Shown: positions 12,049-24,922, numbered from the stretch's first letter. The stretch is DNA of 64,000 bases from Octopus sinensis (GCF_006345805.1 NC_043006.1:7626001-7690000), one strand, 5' to 3'. Numbers and translations are program-made. Notes: generated by a model from the sequence alone, not told the origin.

Positions 12049-13839
12049 TACACACACATATGTATACATACATACATACACACATACATACACACACACA
12101 TATGCATACATATATGTATATATATATATATGTTATACATACATGAAGCATATTGTCTATATGTATGTGAGTGTATATACATACATACACACATACATAC
12201 ACACACACACATATATATATATGTGTGTGTGTGTATGTATGTGTGTATGTATGTATGTATACATATGTGTGTGTAAATAATTTATATTGTAGAGTAATAT
12301 AAAAAAAATAAATCAATGATTGGATTAAACATTGTAAAATAAATTTATGTAATTAACTTGTGAAAATTACTCAAATGAATAGAAAAATTTCGAAGTGTTT
12401 TATTTATTTTTTTTACTTGTTTATTTCAAATGAATTTTGACATCAACTAGAAAAGCGTTTGTGGATTTCAAAATAACATTTTTTTCGTGTCTGCATTTCG
12501 CTACAGTAACTTAGTGTCTATAATGGTGTCGTAGTTATTATCATTACATATGTGTGTGTATGAAAACCATATAAATGTTATTTCCAGCTAATTGCGTTTT
12601 AATGAGTTTGAGCAAAATAATAATAATAATAATAAAACGGTTGAATAACATAGAGGAAAACAAGATCAAACCAATATTAAATTACAATACAGTATTTTCT
12701 ACCAAACAATTTGCCCCAATTATTTAAGTCTTTGTTTCTTTATAGCCAAGTATTTGGACTATTAATAGCTCTCGTTTAATACGATATATTTTTGTCTCTT
12801 TTCATGACATTACTAAGTGTTTGTTGTATACATCTCAGTTTTGATAGCTTTGATAATGATGTATTTAAACAGAACTACAGAAAGATGGGCTTTCCAGAAG
12901 GTCCGTTTATAAACACCAAATTATTTTCGATAGCACTGAAAATGGTGGAACTTACAATACAAAACGTTGATGGCCTTACTGAAAATGTTTAGCGCCTGAA
13001 TTAACAAACAGTGAATGAGCCATATCATCTTGAATAAATGAGAAATGTTAACCGACATGAGGGAATGTGAGCCCTCGGTATATTGGAAAAGATTTACCTT
13101 GGTCGTGACGATTTTTGTCAGGTGTCAAAATGCCAACATCGTAATTCATAATAATTGTTCAGTACTCTGCGTACATCGTAACGTCTGTATGACGTGACAT
13201 AAACAGTTGCAGTGGAACCTACGAAGCCGTAGCCAACAGGAATGGACACAGCAAGCGTTCTGATTTAATCCGTACATAATAGGTCATTGCCCTATCACTT
13301 CTCTCAATACACTTGCGATGTCAAATATCCAGATCAGACACTATAATCTACGCCCAGGCCCTTCTTCGACACACCATGCCCTAGGATATCGGCCCTCTAG
13401 AATTCCTTTTCCATGTATGTCTTGTGTTGATGTAGAAAGATGCAAGGACATTAACGGTATGAATCTCGCCGGTCAAGGAAGGCATGCGAACGTCATGTGT
13501 CTTGTTCCTACTTTCAGTTTCCGAAAGAAAAGAGAAACAATTTCAACTTTTAACTTATAATCTAAATTCATAATGAAACTGTTTCATTGCAATAGATTAG
13601 AAGTAAACGTACATGTTGGAATTGTTAATTTAGTCATTTAAAATTACATGGAACTTATATTTGTGATGGGTTAAATTTCAGCTGTACTGTTTGTTATAAA
13701 AATTCGAAATTCCATAGCACATCTGCGATATGTTCACTAACAACATTCCGCAGTCTCATACATTGGCTACCATGTTACAGAAGTGCAGTGATTTTTTCTG
13801 ATTTATTATTATAGACAGTATTATTAAGAAATACACGAA

Positions 13840-14221
13840 GGCGGCGAGCTGGCAGAAACATTAGCACGCCGGGCGAAATGCGTAGCCCTATTTCGTCTGA
13901 CGTTACGTTCTGAGTTCAAATTCCGCCGAGGTCGACTTTGCCTTTCATCCTTTCGGGGTGGATTAAATAAGCACCAGTTACGCACTGGGGTCGATGTAAT
14001 CGACTTAATCCGTTTGTCCGTCCTTGTTTGTCCCCTCTGTGTTTAGCCCTTTGTGGATAGTAAAGAAATAGGTATTTCGCCCGTCGCTACATTCTGATTT
14101 CAAAATCCGCTGAGGTCGACTTTGCCTTTCATTCTTTCGCGATCGATAAATTAAGTATCAGTTACGCACTGGGGTCGATGTAATTGACCAAATTTCAGAC
14201 CTTGTGCCTTTAGCAGAAAAG
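13840..14221 (+). mobile_element. Dimeric SINE family A with 20-bp TSD
   Basis: Full unit, then a second partial unit from about 14071, then tail GACCTTGTGCCTTTAGCAGAAAAG. TSD ATTATTAAGAAATA(C/A)ACGAA at 13820-13839 and 14222-14241. Confidence 0.85.
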
Positions 14222-15299
14222 ATTATTAAGAAATAAACGAAAATATTAAATTATTTAAATAAGTCCTTCTCCACGCAACTGATTTTCTTCTGTTAGTACA
14301 AAAGCGAAATATTATTAGAATGTTCTTCTCTCAATTATAATTATATCTTTTAATCCACTTCACATAAAATTCTTCCCACAGAAAATTTCATCTAAATATC
14401 GTCAACAGCAGAATAAGTAGTTAGAATGTAGCATCGCAGATACGTGGAATATGTCAACGGAAACATCTCACTGAACGAAACGTAGGTGAGACTAGTTTTC
14501 TCTTGATATGATAATATGATCCTTGAAACTGTTAAACTACTTTATTTCTCTCTCTCTCTTCATATAACGATATTTGCTTTTATTTTTCAGTTACATTTAA
14601 GTATTCCATAAGCCTATTAAAATGTTTCTTTCATCTTTAATAGAATTTATTAGATTTCTTGATTTCTTTCTGCATTAGATGAAATTGAATACGAAGAAAT
14701 AAAATCAAATCTATGATCACCATAGTAACAGCTACCCCAGATTGGCCGGACAGAGAACATTAAAATGAAATATCTATTTTTAAAATAAGTTTTGATAAGA
14801 GCAGCTTTCGAAAATTTGAAATTCTAGTTTCTGGATAGTATTAAAAAAAAAAAAATGAATATTTGAAAACTTTATGTCGATCAATCAATCATTCAATCAA
14901 TCACTCAGCTTATCAATTTATTTTCTCAATCTTTCTTTAGTGATATATGTAAGAATATCTATATTTATATGTAAGACACTTCTCACATCAGACTCACGTC
15001 TATATGCGTAAAAATGTATGTATGAACGCATGCATTTGTTGTTTCAAGCATAGAAGCACTGTCTCGATTTTGGGAGCGGTCAATATATTTAATTATTTTC
15101 AGTATTATAAGGAAAAGTTTGCATGCAGTTTAGAAGAGTTGCCAGTGATTGTTTATGGCTGAGTGAATTTACACAACAGATTGCTTTAGCTATAAATATT
15201 CACGCATTGCGAAATTAATAGAGATGATCAAGATCAAGTCCTTTTCATGAACAAAATGAAAACATATGGATGTAACCACCATATCTGCAGTTTGTGAAC

Positions 15300-15640
15300 G
15301 CAATATATTCTTACAGGTAATTCAGAGATGAGATTGAGAACATCCTCACTAACTACAGTCTGTTGAATTCCTTGTGATTCACGAAGAAGTTCTTTACCAT
15401 CCCTGCTTCGAAGTAGTGTCATCAGAGAAGAAGTCGGTCCATAAACCTCTCGCAAGAGACCATACAACGGCTTTGTGTTATTGGAATCCGACGCTGCTTA
15501 TATCTCATCAGCCTTCTTACTCTACCACGTATCCCTCATTTGAGAAAGCCTCTGCCTCACACGTGATTTCACATTCTTGACTTTCCTACGCAACACTTCT
15601 CTCTCCTGTGACTTTGCTGACAAATAGCGTGACAAAGTAC
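15300..15640 (-). mobile_element. Decayed RTE-clade LINE fragment
   Basis: MYGLLREVYGPTSS...RSRDGKELL resembles the RTE/BovB inter-domain motif FYxxLKAVYGP...SxDGxxLL. Confidence 0.55.
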
Positions 15641-17821
15641 GTCTTTTATCAGCCAATAGTTGTTGTTGTTGCTGTTTTTTCTAACTCGAGCAAGTAATTT
15701 TTCTAAAAGTTTACGATTTTGAGTACCGTAAAATTCGCACAAAAAATTTTTGTGAGTTTCGCAACTGTTTGTAAGTTTGTTAATTCCTAGTCGCCTCTGT
15801 TGCAATCCTCTGTCAGACTATTACAAAGTCGACTCCGATTTAGCAGTATAGTTAGACAAGTAAGACCACGACTATCTATGATCGCCAATTTCGTACACTC
15901 TCCTGACACTGATGGACGGTATTTATAACGCCTAGCACGTGGGAAGGGGTCTATCACTATTTCTATTATCCCCATAACATTTATATACTGTTGTTTTTAA
16001 TCTTTCAAAGTTTATCTTTGAAAGATGTGTGTGTACGTACATGCGTGCGTGCGTACGTGTGTGTGTGTGTTTGTGTGTGCTGCCGAAAGTCATTACGAAT
16101 AGACACAGGGATATATCCTTCGAGTAGTGGTCACTTATATTCGTATATATCATAACTAGTTCTGTCTGAATTTCCATCCTTTCTAAATACCTTATTTATG
16201 ATAGGTTAGGTCATATTTTCTGAAAATAGCTTTCTGTTCTAACTTGCGAGCGAACACTCCTCATGCTTTATATGTTTTGACATACATTTTACATATTTTG
16301 AAATAATCTTAAAGGATTCCCTTCAACCATACCAATACAAAGTAGAGTTGCGGTGACAGAGTGACGAAGAACAGGGATAAAGCAAGCATTATATCCATTC
16401 GGAACAGCATTTTATACAAAGTTAAAAGCTGAATACAATTTAACATACCCTTTGAAGCTTTAAGGATGTATATCCCTGGGTTATTTAAACTCCGATGCAT
16501 ATTTAAGGAAATTCTGCCGATGTGAAGAACTTAAACCTACTTCTATATCAACCATCTATGAATCTTCCTGGTAATAATTTTAATGAGCTATAAAAACGGG
16601 TCCAGTTTCCATTTTTCCACCTATAAATGATTGGTGCTTTATTATTTGAAGTTTACTTTTTTTTTTCTAATTGTTCTGCCATTAGCGATCCTTTCTATCA
16701 ATTTCCCTATATTTTTTCTCTTCTATCGGTTATTTGAAAATGGTTAATGGTAGATGATGGTGTTTTTTGCTCATCTAATGTTGACATTTTCCAAGCGATA
16801 AATATTTAATCAAATGGGGGAGAACTGAGAGATACCAATCATTGTTCCACGATTATGAAGTTGAATCTAAGCTTCATTCTACATTACGTTATTCACTGCC
16901 AAAGATACGCATCTTGCACTAATTTTACACCTATTTTCAACATTATTTCGTCGACCCGAAACAGCAGTTTTGTAATCACTTCTGTCTGAAATCCTCTATT
17001 TCTCCACGTCTCAATTCTTTGATTTTATCTTGTGAGAGATTTTACAATCTTGCAGCAAATATTATTTTGTTTTCATATATTTTTGATTTCTTCACATTAG
17101 TTTCCTCTGGTTCTTTTTCTTTGCTAAAATTTCTCTCTTTGTATCTTTGCCTTTTTTTTTTTTTCTGTTGCCACGAACTTTTTCTTCTGTGAGTAATTCT
17201 GTTTTTTTTTTTTTTTTTTTTTCGTCTCTTCCAACAACTTTCCTTGCGATGCACTCAGTTTCTTCCTGATGTTGTTTTAAAAACATTCTTTTCTTTTCCT
17301 TGCTTCTCGCTGATATTCATTTTCTTGCAAGAGAAACCTTGAGTTAAGCACCTGCAGCTCTTGCGCAGTTACTTCGCTTGAACTTGGCCATTCTTTTGTC
17401 GTCACATTCTCTCCCATGCTGGTTTCCAGTGATTTCCAGTTTATTATTCTAGGATATAATTATTGGAAATCTTTAGTCGTACATTCGCTTTGTGTACATA
17501 TGTGTTCATTTCACTCACTATATCGACCAAAAGTCGAGAACAATATACACTTGTTCAGAATGTGTAAATGTGTATTCATGCATATGAACGATGGTATGTT
17601 GATGATGATGATGATGATAAGGATGAGGGGGAGGAGGAGGAAGACGACGATGAGGAGGAGGACGAGGAGAAGCTATCTAGAGTAATTATGTTTCCTGTTA
17701 CTGTAATACAATGATACAGAAAAGGAAAAAAATCATTTCAAAAATATGTCAAAATTATTTACCGTGCAAGATTTCGCGGCCATCTTTTTCCATTATTTTT
17801 TTGCATTAATTCAATAATATA

Positions 17822-18170
17822 GTCCCCGTCGCTGTGGTCTATTCGCTGTGTGTTCTGGTATTCCATTTTTAGAACCGTATATTGATAGTAGTGGGCGATG
17901 ATCTGTTTGTTGACAGAAACTCGCATTTTTCTTCCGTTATCTTGAAACTGTATTCCCTAATTTTTTCGAATACCTTTTTAACATGTTGTACATTTTGTTC
18001 ATGTGATTTCCAACTTTATGCATACAACATAATAACAATACTGGTGTCGTCTGCTCTGTTCGTCATGTGGCACAACTTTCATCTGTTGTCCTTCCTGAAT
18101 GTATGTATTGACATTCCTACATTGTCTTCTACAGTCATGACGATCTCTGACTTGATATACTTCAATTTTT
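17822..18170 (-). mobile_element. Ty3/Gypsy LTR-retrotransposon remnant (RT end and RNase H, internally deleted)
   Basis: Minus strand reads HEQNVQHVKKVFEKIREYSFKITEEKCEFL, then TDHRPLLSIYGSKNGIPEHTANRPQR. Confidence 0.65.
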
Positions 18171-18487
18171 GAAAATTCTAAATTTGATTTAGAATTTTAA
18201 TTTTAATGTTAATGAAAAAATAATCAACTATCTTTGTATCTGTTATAATTACAGGCATAATAAGTGCATATTTCAAGGGAAATCTCTTTATATTTATATC
18301 AAATAATTGTAACAAATTATCTACCCTCAATCAGTTGTTTTACAGCCCTGTACTTCAGTTCTATTTACATCTCTCACCCACCCTCTCGTTCTATCTCTCG
18401 TCTATTTCTGTCATCTCCAGAGAAGAGGAAAGAGCAAACAGGAAGAGTTACATGACCGTGAGACAGACACACAACGCGCATGATATG

Positions 18488-18596
<109 letters not shown>

Positions 18597-18878
18597 CAAT
18601 AAGAAAATGGAGGCGAACAATAGGTGGTTCATCAACTTTTAGAGAAGTTGATGAACCATCACCTCCATTTTCTTATTTGCTCTATAAATTAATGGTTAAA
18701 TATCTCTTTACCTTCACCCATTTAGTGCACTAGGTAATATAATTGCAATGCAATAAAAAAACATCTTGCGTATTAATAATTCGGTATTCTACCAGCAGTA
18801 TCTTGGATAGATATTATCCCGTTGTGGGTTGGATTCTCAATCGCTAACTTTCTTGGAGTTATATATATATATATATAT

Positions 18879-19221
<343 letters not shown>

Positions 19222-20134
19222 GTATGTATGTATTTATATAAGTTTTAGATAAGTTCAGCCAAAATTAATAATCCAAGCCTTGTAAAAATTAACGGAACTA
19301 TCTGATGACAACTACCAATTTATTTTTGTTATGCATACATATTTGAGTGTAGCTGGCTTTCCTGGTATTCCTTGAAGAAATTTATCTTCATATCAGTCGA
19401 AGATTATGAAATCATTTTCCCTTATATCTATTTACAAATAATATTGCATAGAGCATGGCCTGTTCATGTACATATATGCATGCATACATTTATGTCTATG
19501 GAATGGAATTTGGCTAAAAGAAGTACTAGCGTTTGACTGCTGTACGTGGTAAATCAGTCTCCAAACCCAACACTTGTGCATGAATGATCTCTGTCTCTCT
19601 TTGTCCACCAATGCTATAAATTCCTAAGCATTGCGGAAAAACGTATATGACGGTACATTGTATAAAGATAGAGTAACCTGAAAAATTACACCATAGATAC
19701 ATAGCATTTGCAACTCTCTTCTCACAAGTGCTGATACAGTCTCTGGAACACTTGACTGATCTGTAAAGGAAATCCACTCCACGGACATTAAAACCCGACA
19801 TCCACTGGAAACTTTCACAGAAATAATGTTATCGACAAGCTCTTCAAAAGACGATGTGAAGGATGCAGAGGCTTGAGATCAGTACTGACAACAGTACTAC
19901 ACAACATCAGAAAAAGATTAATACATAAACCGTGTGCTAAAAAGCGAAGAGAACATCCTACGCGTGGGCAATGAGCTTCTCAAGAAGTATTCTCTTACAG
20001 GCTACCTCTCATACAACGTCGATTCTAAAATACCTCGACGAAACTGTAGATGATGAGAAAAGATCTGCATACTAAATGTGACCAGGCTATGCACGGTATG
20101 TTTCCCGAAGATTTGAAGACGACAGTGATATCGC

Positions 20135-20329
20135 TTTCAAACTTTTGCACAAGGCCAGCAATTTCGGGGAAGGAAGAAGTCGATTCAATAAACCCCAGAG
20201 TTCAACTGATACTTATTTTATCGACACTGAAATTATGAAAGGAGGCCGAATTTGAACTCAGAATGTAAAGACGGACGAAATACCGCTGAGTATTTTGCCC
20301 GGCGTGCTAACGATTCTGCCAGCTCACCG
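20135..20329 (-). mobile_element. SINE family A (alternative 3' tail)
   Basis: Same head; tail ...CCCCGAAATTGCTGGCCTTGTGCAAAAGTTTG. Confidence 0.8.
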
Positions 20330-20350
20330 AATTGAAGATGACAGCAATAT

Positions 20351-21365
20351 TGACATGAAGTGCAGCGTTTCTTGGACATGGAGTGCAGCGTTTCTTGGAC
20401 ATGGAGTGCTACGTTTCTTGGACATGGAGTGCAGCGTTTCTTGGACATGGAGTGGAGCGTTTCTTAAACATGGAGTGCAGCGTTTCTTGGAGATGGAGTG
20501 CAGCGTTTCTTGGACATAGCGTGCAGCGTTTCTTGGACATGGAATGCAGCGTTTCTTGGACATGGAGTGCAGCGTTTCTTGGACATAGAGTGCAGCGTTT
20601 CTTGGACATGGAGTGCAGCGTTTCTTGGACATAGAGTGCTGCGTTTCTTGGACATGGAGTGCAGCGTTTCTTGGACATAGAGTGCTGCGTTTCTTGGACA
20701 TGGAGTGCAGCATTTCTTAGACATGGAGCGCAGCGTTTCTCGGACATGGAGTGCATCGTTTCTTAGACATAGAGTGCAGCGTTTCTTGGACATGGAATTC
20801 AGCGTTTCTTGGACATGGAGTGCAGCATTTCTTGGACATGGAGTGCAGCGTTTCTTGGACATGGAGTGCTACGTTTCTTGGACATGGTGTGCATCATTTC
20901 TTAGACATGGAGTGTAGCGTTTCTCGGACATGGAGTGCAGCGTTTCTTGGACATGGAGTGCAGCGTTTCTTGGACATGGAGTGCTGCGTTTCTTAGACAT
21001 GTAGTGCAGCATTTCTTAGACATGGAGTGCAGCGTTTCTCTTACATGGAGTGCAGCGTTTCTTGGACATGGAGTGCTACGTTTCTTGGACATGGTGTGCA
21101 TCATTTCTTAGACATGGAGTGTAGCGTTTCTCGGACATGGAGTGCAGCGTTTCTTGGACATGGAGTGCAGCGTTTCTCTTACATGGAGTGCAGCGTTTCT
21201 TAGACATGGAATGCAGCGTTTCTTAGACATGGAGTGCAGCATTCCTTGGACATGGAGTGCAGCGTTTCCTCGGACATGGTGTGCTGCGTTTCTTGGAGAT
21301 GGAGTGCAGCGTTTCTTAGACATGGAGTGCAGCGTTTTTTGGACATGGAGTGCAACGTTTCTTGA
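20351..21365. repeat. 23-bp minisatellite, about 44 copies
   Basis: Unit TGCAGCGTTTCTTGGACATGGAG, no spacers. Its translations cycle with a 23-aa period. Confidence 0.95.
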
Positions 21366-21369
21366 GCAC

Positions 21370-21780
21370 CTTACGTCACACCACTCTTCGAAAGTAATGC
21401 CACAAAACATAAGCAGAAGAGACTGTGAAGGCCATGAAACCCCAAAATGCAACCGAAAATGTCAATCAGGTTCCTTCTGTGTGGGGACATCGCGCATATA
21501 ATCCGTTTGAATAAGAAAATCCCATAAAATCTAGTGTTTCTCCGACTGAAACACTCTTCAACACGATGATTATACAAAGTACTTCCAGTTTTGAAATCTC
21601 CGTTTCTGACAAAGCTTCCAGTGCAAGACTTGGTCATGCTTCTATTTCTTTACTCTCCCGGAGCCAAATTGAGACATTCTACAACGTGTACCAATCTTTC
21701 GTCACAAATTTCATACACTCAACATTGTGCTGATACTTCTTCCCTATACACATGGACGTAGAGGAAAACTAACCGACAAT
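21370..21780 (-). mobile_element. Highly decayed R4/Dong-like fragment
   Basis: Minus strand reads KHDQVLHWKLCQK...ILWDFLIQTDY...EPD with stops. Confidence 0.6.
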
Positions 21781-21992
21781 GTCCTTACCTCACCACGTAA
21801 CAATCTGAATTTATACGTAACTGATATTATTCTGGGTCATACGATTTGTATGAAAACTAACGGTTTCTACAAGAACGGCCACGAAAAACGCAATTTGTGG
21901 CAAAGAACCAGATACCATATGATTCTCAAAACCATATGTGAAATTAGTTACGTGTATACGTACATCCCCTAAACAAACATAGATATAGTATA

Positions 21993-22387
21993 TGGGAATG
22001 GGAAGCACTCCGTCGGTTACGACGATGAGGGTTCCGGTTGATTCGACCAACGGAACAGCCTGCTCGTGAAATTAACGTGTAAGTGGCTGAGCACTCCACA
22101 GACACGTGTACCCTTAACGTAGTTCTCGGGGATATTCAGCGTGACACAGAGAGTGACAAGGCCGGCCCTTTGAAATACAGGTACAACAGAAACAGGAAGT
22201 AAGAGTGAGAGAAAGTTGTGGTGAAAGAGTACAGCAGGGATCACCACCATCCCCTGCCGGAGCCTCGTGGAGCTTTTTCGTTAGGTGTTTTCGCTCAATA
22301 AACACTCACAACGCCCGGTCTGGGAATCGAAACCGCGATCCTATGACCGCGAGTCCGCTGCCCAAACCACTGGGCCATTGCGCCTCC
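21993..22387 (-). mobile_element. tRNA(Arg-like)-derived SINE, family D
   Basis: Head GGAGGCGCAATGGCCCAGTGG (box A), TCG in the anticodon-loop position and GGTTTCGATTCCC (box B), followed by about 320 bp of non-tRNA body. Confidence 0.85.
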
Positions 22388-22769
22388 AGATATAGTATAA
22401 ATCCTAAATAAATCCTCATAGATTCTTTCTGCAATTTCAAGCTTTATGTTTCAATTATGTACAACTACTTATTTGAATGAATAACGATTTATTCACGTAT
22501 ATATATACCGGGGATACTGAAAGGTTCCTGACTTCGGGTAAAATAAAAACCGTAGGGACCAGCTAATTATGATTTCATTCAACATATTTCCCGCCTCAGA
22601 TTCATACAAATTGCAGTTGTCTTTCAGTTTCTTTAGTTAGGCATTTCACGATACCTTTAAAGCCAAGAACTTTTCAGTAGCACCTCATATATATTATATA
22701 TATATATATATATTATATATATATATAATATATATTATAATATATATATATATTATATATATATATTAT

Positions 22770-22794
<25 letters not shown>

Positions 22795-22800
<6 letters not shown>

Positions 22801-22951
22801 TTTTCTCTCTATGTGTATCTTTCTGTTGAAGAGCGTAGGCTCGAAACGTTAAAGACTTGTTTTATTTATATTCCTGAGCGCCATACTAATACAATTGTTC
22901 GTTTGTTTTCCACCTGCCTTCGTCTTTTGTTTATTTTCATAAAGCTTCCCG

Positions 22952-22955
<4 letters not shown>
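22795..22955 (+). mobile_element. 5'-truncated family C1 element with HHR-like motif at 22818-22855
   Basis: TCTTT-CTGTTGA-A-GAGC GTAG GCTC-GAAAC-GTT-AAAGA between (TA)n tracts. Confidence 0.7.
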
Positions 22956-23027
<72 letters not shown>

Positions 23028-23096
23028 CACTGAAACTAGGTAAATATAAGCCTTCGAACAGAGACATCAGTGACGACACCTGCGGGGTCTGACTGC

Positions 23097-23138
23097 GCTA
23101 CATTGACAAGGGGCAATACCCCGAAACGCGTCTGTAGC
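23097..23138 (+). ncRNA. Type I hammerhead ribozyme candidate (U3-A8 core variant, GUC site)
   Basis: Stem I GCTACA/TGTAGC, core TTGACAA, stem II GGGG-CAATA-CCCC, GAAA, palindromic stem III ACGCGT, then C17. Confidence 0.8.
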
Positions 23139-23309
23139 TGTCGGACTGGCAGTGTGAAGCAGCTGACCTCCCTTGTTCGAAGGTTATAATGGATACAGAT
23201 CGTGTATCAATAGCTATCTTAAGGCGGTGGCCTCATGGAGCTGACCAGCGGCAGCGATTATCCTTATATCTATACGAATGCCATATTAATATGGCGATAA
23301 CAATTAATT

Positions 23310-23382
<73 letters not shown>

Positions 23383-23514
23383 AGCCACTGACGAGCATTA
23401 ATAAAATGTGAAGTCACTGGTGATCTGGTTATGCCCCAGATACTGTAGGGAGCTTGCCTCCTTTGTCAGTCATATGATTAGTGATATATATATATATATA
23501 TTCAAAATATGACC

Positions 23515-23710
23515 GCGTGTGTACCGTTGGCGATTTTTTTCCCTTTGTCTTCCCTTCTCTGGATCTTTCCTTCTCCTATGTTTCCGACGAAGAGCTCCGC
23601 TCGAAACGTTAAACCCCCCTTCTTCCTTCATTCCTGAGCGTCCAATAATACTATATTTGTTCCACGTCCTCGCTTTGTTGTGTTTTCTCTTTGTGTTTTC
23701 ATGTTTGGAT

Positions 23711-23715
<5 letters not shown>
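23515..23715 (+). mobile_element. Family C2 element with HHR-like motif at 23580-23614
   Basis: GTTT-CCGACGA-A-GAGC TCC GCTC-GAAAC-GTT-AAAC, flanked by (TA)n. Confidence 0.75.
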
Positions 23716-23772
<57 letters not shown>

Positions 23773-23819
23773 ATATATATATAATATATATATATAGATA
23801 TATATATATATAAAAATAA

Positions 23820-24910
23820 TATGATACATTTACTCAATAGTCAAGTGTTTCAGATGCCGAAGTGGAAATCCACAACACCATCTCTTCGGTTATCTGGCCA
23901 TCTGAAAAACGCTTCCGCTGCCGTTGGTGTAGGGCTTACATTTGGCCAAAATCTTCCAATGGATGTTATAATCGACACCTTTATCTTTTAAAGACCAAAT
24001 ATGATTAGATAATTTTGTCTCTTTTCTTTTGTTCCAGTGCCTAAAACTCAAGGTGTGGTTATTGAACCTGGCCTTGAAATTACCCTCTGTTAGGCCCACG
24101 TATTTCTTCGTCGAAACGGTGTCTTTAGTGGTTATAGAGTCCACGGTAGCTTCATAGATGGAGCTTGCATGTCCGAGACCATCATCTATGAAGCTACCGT
24201 GGATTCTATAACCACTAAAGACACCGTTTCGACGAAGAAATACGTGGGCCTTACAGAGGGTAATTTCAAGGCCAGGTTCAATAACCACACCTTGAGTTTC
24301 AGGCACTGGAACAAAAGAAAAGCGACAAAATCATCTAATCATATTTAGTCTTTAAAAGATAAAAGTGTCGATTATAACATCCATTGGAAGATTTTGACCA
24401 AATGTAAGCCCTACACCAACGGCAGCGGAAGGTGCGGTCTATGCGACATGGAGAGATGGCTTATCTGGAAAAGCAGCTTAGACCCTACTACATGTCTAAA
24501 CTCAAGGAGAGAACTTTTCGGATCATGCCCAAATGTGCCTAAATTTTTGTTACGCTTTGGTCCCCTAAAGAAAACAGATAGAACTTGCTTTCTATATTAT
24601 GTCCCAAAAAGTTTTTTTATCTCATTATACCTTTTATTATTTCATATATATTTTTATATTTTCACACATATTAATTTTTTTCTGTAGTTTTCTATCCTGC
24701 AGTTTTTCCTGTGCCTATATAGACGTGTACATAGATTCATTTGTACACGTGTGTGAATATGTATGAGTGCATAGGCGCATGTCCGTATATGAACGTGGTT
24801 TTTATGCTTTGTATACTTCCTTATGTTTTTTTCTGTTACCTTTAACCATGGTTTTTCTTGTGCTTGTGCGTATATAGACGTATGTATGAACTTTTTTACC
24901 GTTTTTACCA
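23820..24910 (+). mobile_element. Truncated Penelope-like element: GIY-YIG endonuclease with 249-bp inverted duplication and 3' UTR
   Basis: IIYEATV...KKYVGLTEGNFKARFNNH...CGLCDMER...LNSRRELFGSC from 24181 (in-frame stop). 23912-24160 is the reverse complement of 24183-24431. Confidence 0.85.
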
Positions 24911-24922
24911 ATATATATTATA

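Noticed and set aside
13030-13520. Possible exon or RTE remnant
   Set aside because: Stops in the frames I read and only a faint LRRFH..CL similarity; too weak to call.
16290-17410. Possible very old LINE/LTR remnants
   Set aside because: Only vague motif similarity; could not be supported.
19500-20130. Complex sequence, possible exon or TE
   Set aside because: Frames are interrupted and no motif was recognised.
20351-21365. CRISPR array or repeat-protein gene
   Set aside because: The units are contiguous without unique spacers, the context is eukaryotic, and no splice or start context supports coding.
22310-22387. tRNA gene (also the heads of SINE families A and B)
   Set aside because: Boxes A and B are present, but the sequence runs into SINE bodies without a complete acceptor stem.
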